A DNA stretch of 64,000 nucleotides from contig CAUVWX020000001.1 of NCBI GenBank assembly GCA_963555815.3, forward strand, positions 128,001 to 192,000, read 5' to 3'. Positions 60,518 to 64,000 of the stretch are shown piece after piece. This DNA comes from a bacterium (lineage in GTDB: Bacteria > UBA8248 > JACPRG01 > G963555815). The position numbers and the translations under genes were made by a program. The notes under the pieces were generated by a model. That model had not been told where the DNA came from. It worked only from the letters and a program-made list of their open reading frames with translations, and ran no database searches. Within the stretch, counting starts at the first letter, position 1, and the number at the start of each line of letters is the position of its first letter.

Positions 60518-61684
60518 TTACAGCGGCGTCTCTTCCGGCAAATATATTTCCGCCTCGGGCTTGAAGGCGAGCCAGGCGAAGGCGAAGTGGTTGGCGTGAA
60601 CAAGAGGCTCAAGGGCCTTTCCCTGGAGCGGACCTTCCACCGCCCTTCCCAGGATGTCCCAGGCGCTCCCGGTATTTCGGTCTCGGATCTTGCCGTCCTT
60701 AGCAAAAAACTCCAACAGCTCGCCCTCCAGGTGGCGGTCGAAGACCCCTGTCGCCCCTACGTCGCGGGAGTCGGCGATGCTCCGCCGGTCAAGGGCTGAG
60801 CTGACGCCTGGGGCGTGGAAGACGGCGATGTCTCTTGAGCCGATCCGATCGTTCACCACCATCACTTTTTCCAGTACGGAAAAGGGATAGGTCCGGTCCT
60901 TCCCATCCAGACTCACGGCGACTACCCTCTCCATCGCCGAAAGACGCCCGTCCACCGGGCCCCGAAAGAGGAAGGGATTGCTGTTGATGTCGTCATAGCC
61001 TGCGTAAGGGTTCTGGCCGTAGGCCCGACTGTGCCCTGTCTCTCGGGAGAGGACGAGGCCGTCGGGGAAAGCCTCCTTGAACTGCCCGTATCCGATCAGG
61101 GGGGCGGGGAGCATCTTGAGGCGCGATCCCACCAGGTCTCCCACAATGGCTTCGCCCGTCAACTGCTGCCACCAACTCTCCGTCTGACGGTCGTACATCA
61201 CGAGGTCGCTGCGGCGAAGCTTCCCCGTCGTCCCAAAGTCCAGCACCTGACCCTCCAGGCGGCGGTCAAAGGCAATGGCGGAATTACAGAGAGGGCAGAA
61301 GGTGACCGAAACGGGCACGCCTGCGACGGTGTCGTTCACGATCTCGTGCCAGGTGAGGATCTGAAGGGGGTAGGCCTTGGCCTCTCCATTAATGAAGACG
61401 CTGACAACCGGCTCGCGGTCCCGAAGCCAGGCGTTGGCCTCCTCGGCCGACACAAAGAAGGGATTATCAACGGCCGCGATCCCGTCCTTTCCAGGGCCTC
61501 CCGAGAGGATCTCCGAGTAGGAGATGGTATGCTTTTCAAAATTGGTCTTCCACCCAAAGGTGCTGAAGGGAGGGCCCTTTCCCCCTGGGGCTCCCCTCAC
61601 CCAAAAGCCAACGGCCAAAAGACCCAGTACCACCAAGGCCAAGATCAAAAATCCAGGTCCGCGCCCACTCCTTGCCTCTCCCAT
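60518..61684 (-). CDS. DUF3179-family protein
   Basis: SGGPGKDGI, WHEIVND, TFCPLCN, SDLVMYDRQTESWWQQ. Confidence 0.85.
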   Translation of the reverse strand: MGEARSGRGPGFLILALVVLGLLAVGFWVRGAPGGKGPPFSTFGWKTNFEKHTISYSEILSGGPGKDGIAAVDNPFFVSAEEANAWLRDREPVVSVFINGEAKAYPLQILTWHEIVNDTVAGVPVSVTFCPLCNSAIAFDRRLEGQVLDFGTTGKLRRSDLVMYDRQTESWWQQLTGEAIVGDLVGSRLKMLPAPLIGYGQFKEAFPDGLVLSRETGHSRAYGQNPYAGYDDINSNPFLFRGPVDGRLSAMERVVAVSLDGKDRTYPFSVLEKVMVVNDRIGSRDIAVFHAPGVSSALDRRSIADSRDVGATGVFDRHLEGELLEFFAKDGKIRDRNTGSAWDILGRAVEGPLQGKALEPLVHANHFAFAWLAFKPEAEIYLPEETPL

Positions 61685-61803
61685 CCCAGATCTCCAAATA
61701 GATGACAAACGCATTTTCTCTCTAAGAAGGACACTTTCCTCTCTCATTCTATAACACGAGAACGCCAAAAAAACGATAAGATTCCGAAGAATGAGGACCT
61801 TAT

Positions 61804-63522
61804 ATGCTGAATAACCAGATCGCGGACCTCTTTGAAGCCATTGCAGATATCCTGGACCTAAAGGGCGAAAATCCCTTTCGGGTCTCTGCCTATCGGCGGG
61901 CAGCCCGTTCCCTGCGGGACCTCTCTGAAGCGGTCGAGGCAGTGGCCGCTCGAGATGCGCTCCAAACCCTCCCCGGGATAGAGAAAGACCTTGCCCTGAA
62001 AACCCAGGCCTATATCGAAACGGGCAAGATAGAACAGTACGAGAAGCTGAGACAAGAATTCCCCCCAGACCTCTTGGATCTCCTCCATCTCCCAGGACTT
62101 GGCCCAAAGACCCTCGCCCTGTTTCATCGGAAGCTCGGGATCTTAAATGCGGACGACCTTCAGGCCGCCATAGAGAGCGGGCGTCTCCTGGCGCTTCCCG
62201 GGGTCAAAGAGAAGACGGTGGAGAACCTCCAAAAGGGTCTGGTCCTTCGGGCCAGCGGGGCTGGGCGCAGACTCCTGGGAGAGGTCTACCCTATCGTGCA
62301 GGAACTCCTTCATGCCGTTCGATCGCTCCCTGGAGTGACACGGGCGGACGCGGCCGGCTCGGTCCGGCGGATGAGAGAAACCATCGGAGACGTAGACCTG
62401 GTGGCGGCCTCGAAAAATGGCGGGGCGGTGGTCCAGGGTTTCAGACGGCTTTCCCCCGTGAAAGAAGTCCTAGCGGCGGGAAAAATCAAGGGGAGCGTCC
62501 GTCTTGAGGGTGGCCTCCAGGTCGATCTCCGCGTCGTCCAGCAGAAGGACTATGGAGCTGCCCTCCACTACTTCACCGGCTCACAGGCCCATAACGTCCG
62601 CGTGCGGGGCCTCGCCCGAAACCAGGGGCTCAAGATCAATGAATATGGGGTCTTTCGAGGAAAGAAAAGGGTGGCCGGGGCGACGGAGGAAGACGTGTAC
62701 AGCGCCCTGGGCCTGAACTACATCGAGCCGGAGCTCCGAGAGGACCGGGGGGAGGTGGAGGCGGCGGGCTCCCACGAATTGCCGCGCCTCATCGAGGAAT
62801 CAGACCTGCGAGGGGGCCTTCACGTCCACTCGAACTGGAGCGACGGTCAGGGAACCCTGCGAGAGGTGGCCGAGCGTGCGGCGGCCCGGGGCTACGCCTA
62901 CGTCGGGATCACCGATCATTCCTACTCCTCCCGCGTCGCCCGCGGGCTTTCGGCGGAACGCCTCTGGAAGAAGCTGGAGGTGGTGGATGCACTCAATCGG
63001 GAGGGCCTCGGAGTTCGGATCCTCCGGGCGGCCGAGGTGGACATCCGAACAGGCGGGGGCCTCGATTACGACGATGACCTCCTCTCGGCCCTACATCTTG
63101 TCATCGTGTCGATCTATAGTGATTTCAAACAGTCAGCGGACCAGATGACGGGCCGGATCCTGGATGCCTTAGATCACCCCGCCGTCCACCTACTGGCTCA
63201 TCCGACAGGACGGCTCATCCAGGCCCGAGAAGCTTACGCCCTGGACCTGGATCGCGTCCTGGCCCGGGCGGCCGAGCGCGGGGTGGCCCTCGAGATCAAC
63301 GGGGCCCCTAAGCGTCTTGACCTGAACGACGTCCAAGCGAAGCGGGCCAAGGAGATGGGGGTCCTCCTGGCCCTCGGGTCGGACGCTCACAGGCTGGACA
63401 CCATCGGCCGGATGACTTACGCCGTTGGCCAAGCCAGACGCGCCTGGGTGGAGAAGAAGCATGTCGTGAACACGAAAACTCTCAAGCAACTCTTGAAGTG
63501 GCTTGACCGAAGGCGGACCTGA
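61804..63522 (+). CDS. polX: DNA polymerase X / PHP-domain protein
   Basis: NPFRV.AY, GSVRR..ETIGDVD, HYFTGS, PHP motifs HVHS, TDHS and GSDAH. Confidence 0.93.
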   Translation: MLNNQIADLFEAIADILDLKGENPFRVSAYRRAARSLRDLSEAVEAVAARDALQTLPGIEKDLALKTQAYIETGKIEQYEKLRQEFPPDLLDLLHLPGLGPKTLALFHRKLGILNADDLQAAIESGRLLALPGVKEKTVENLQKGLVLRASGAGRRLLGEVYPIVQELLHAVRSLPGVTRADAAGSVRRMRETIGDVDLVAASKNGGAVVQGFRRLSPVKEVLAAGKIKGSVRLEGGLQVDLRVVQQKDYGAALHYFTGSQAHNVRVRGLARNQGLKINEYGVFRGKKRVAGATEEDVYSALGLNYIEPELREDRGEVEAAGSHELPRLIEESDLRGGLHVHSNWSDGQGTLREVAERAAARGYAYVGITDHSYSSRVARGLSAERLWKKLEVVDALNREGLGVRILRAAEVDIRTGGGLDYDDDLLSALHLVIVSIYSDFKQSADQMTGRILDALDHPAVHLLAHPTGRLIQAREAYALDLDRVLARAAERGVALEINGAPKRLDLNDVQAKRAKEMGVLLALGSDAHRLDTIGRMTYAVGQARRAWVEKKHVVNTKTLKQLLKWLDRRRT

Positions 63523-63527
63523 GCAGG

Positions 63528-64000
63528 TCAGAGGAGGAGCCAGGCGGCGATACTGAAATAGATCAGGCTGCTAACGATGTCGATGGTGGTCGAGACAAAG
63601 GGCTGGGTGGCCACGGCCGGATCAATCTGCAGGCGGTGGAAGAGGAGGGGGAGAAAGGCCCCCCAGACGGAAGCAGCAATCATGGCCCCCGAGATGGCGG
63701 CCCCTACCGTAACGCTGAACCACTTGATGTCCGAGACATAGAAGTAGGCGAGAATGCCCAAGAGGACGCCCAGGGTAAGGGCCAACAGGGCGCCCACCCG
63801 CAACTGCTTCCAAAGGATCTGCCACCATTTCTTGGGATCCAGGCGGCCCGTGGCAATGCCACGGACCACGATGGTGGCCGCCTGAGAGCCCACGTTCCCT
63901 CCCATCCCCAGAATCACAGGCATGAAGGCGGCCAGGATGACCAACTCACTGAGGAGGTCGGTGAACCGGCCGATGATCTGAATGGTGACGATCCCCCCGG
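63528..64000 (-). CDS. mgtE: Magnesium transporter MgtE, C-terminal part
   Basis: GMGGNVGSQ, DPAVA..PF.ST..D; runs off the window edge. Confidence 0.9.
   Translation of the reverse strand, partial: GGIVTIQIIGRFTDLLSELVILAAFMPVILGMGGNVGSQAATIVVRGIATGRLDPKKWWQILWKQLRVGALLALTLGVLLGILAYFYVSDIKWFSVTVGAAISGAMIAASVWGAFLPLLFHRLQIDPAVATQPFVSTTIDIVSSLIYFSIAAWLLL

Noticed and set aside
42959..61684. Selenoprotein forms of MsrB or DUF3179
   Set aside because: Both have Cys codons at the relevant sites (RYCINS, CPLC) and no in-frame TGA.

Overview
Bacterial chromosomal window with two zones. About 1-27.1 kb is an accessory region that looks like a tandem array of decayed integrative elements at a tRNA-Leu(CAA) locus. 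It has four co-oriented junctions carrying the anticodon-loop core GACT(C/T)AA(G)AATCC plus tRNA 3' sequence. Three of them share a ~160-200 bp arm with TGCTACA repeats. The zone also holds a tyrosine-integrase remnant, phage replication-initiator and lysozyme-like genes, an exact 497-bp sixA duplication, a cluster of intact and broken P44/Msp2-like outer-membrane paralogues, and nutrient cargo (TonB receptor, aapJQMP, glnA). No intact tRNA is in the window. About 27.2-64 kb is mostly ordinary metabolic and housekeeping DNA: nnrE, an SDR, an AGCS symporter, an MMPL module, a sugar ABC transporter, msrB, ftsK, argH, 2-oxoacid:ferredoxin oxidoreductase, ndk, a DegP-like protease, polX and mgtE. 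All family calls come from motif recognition by eye; no searches were run.
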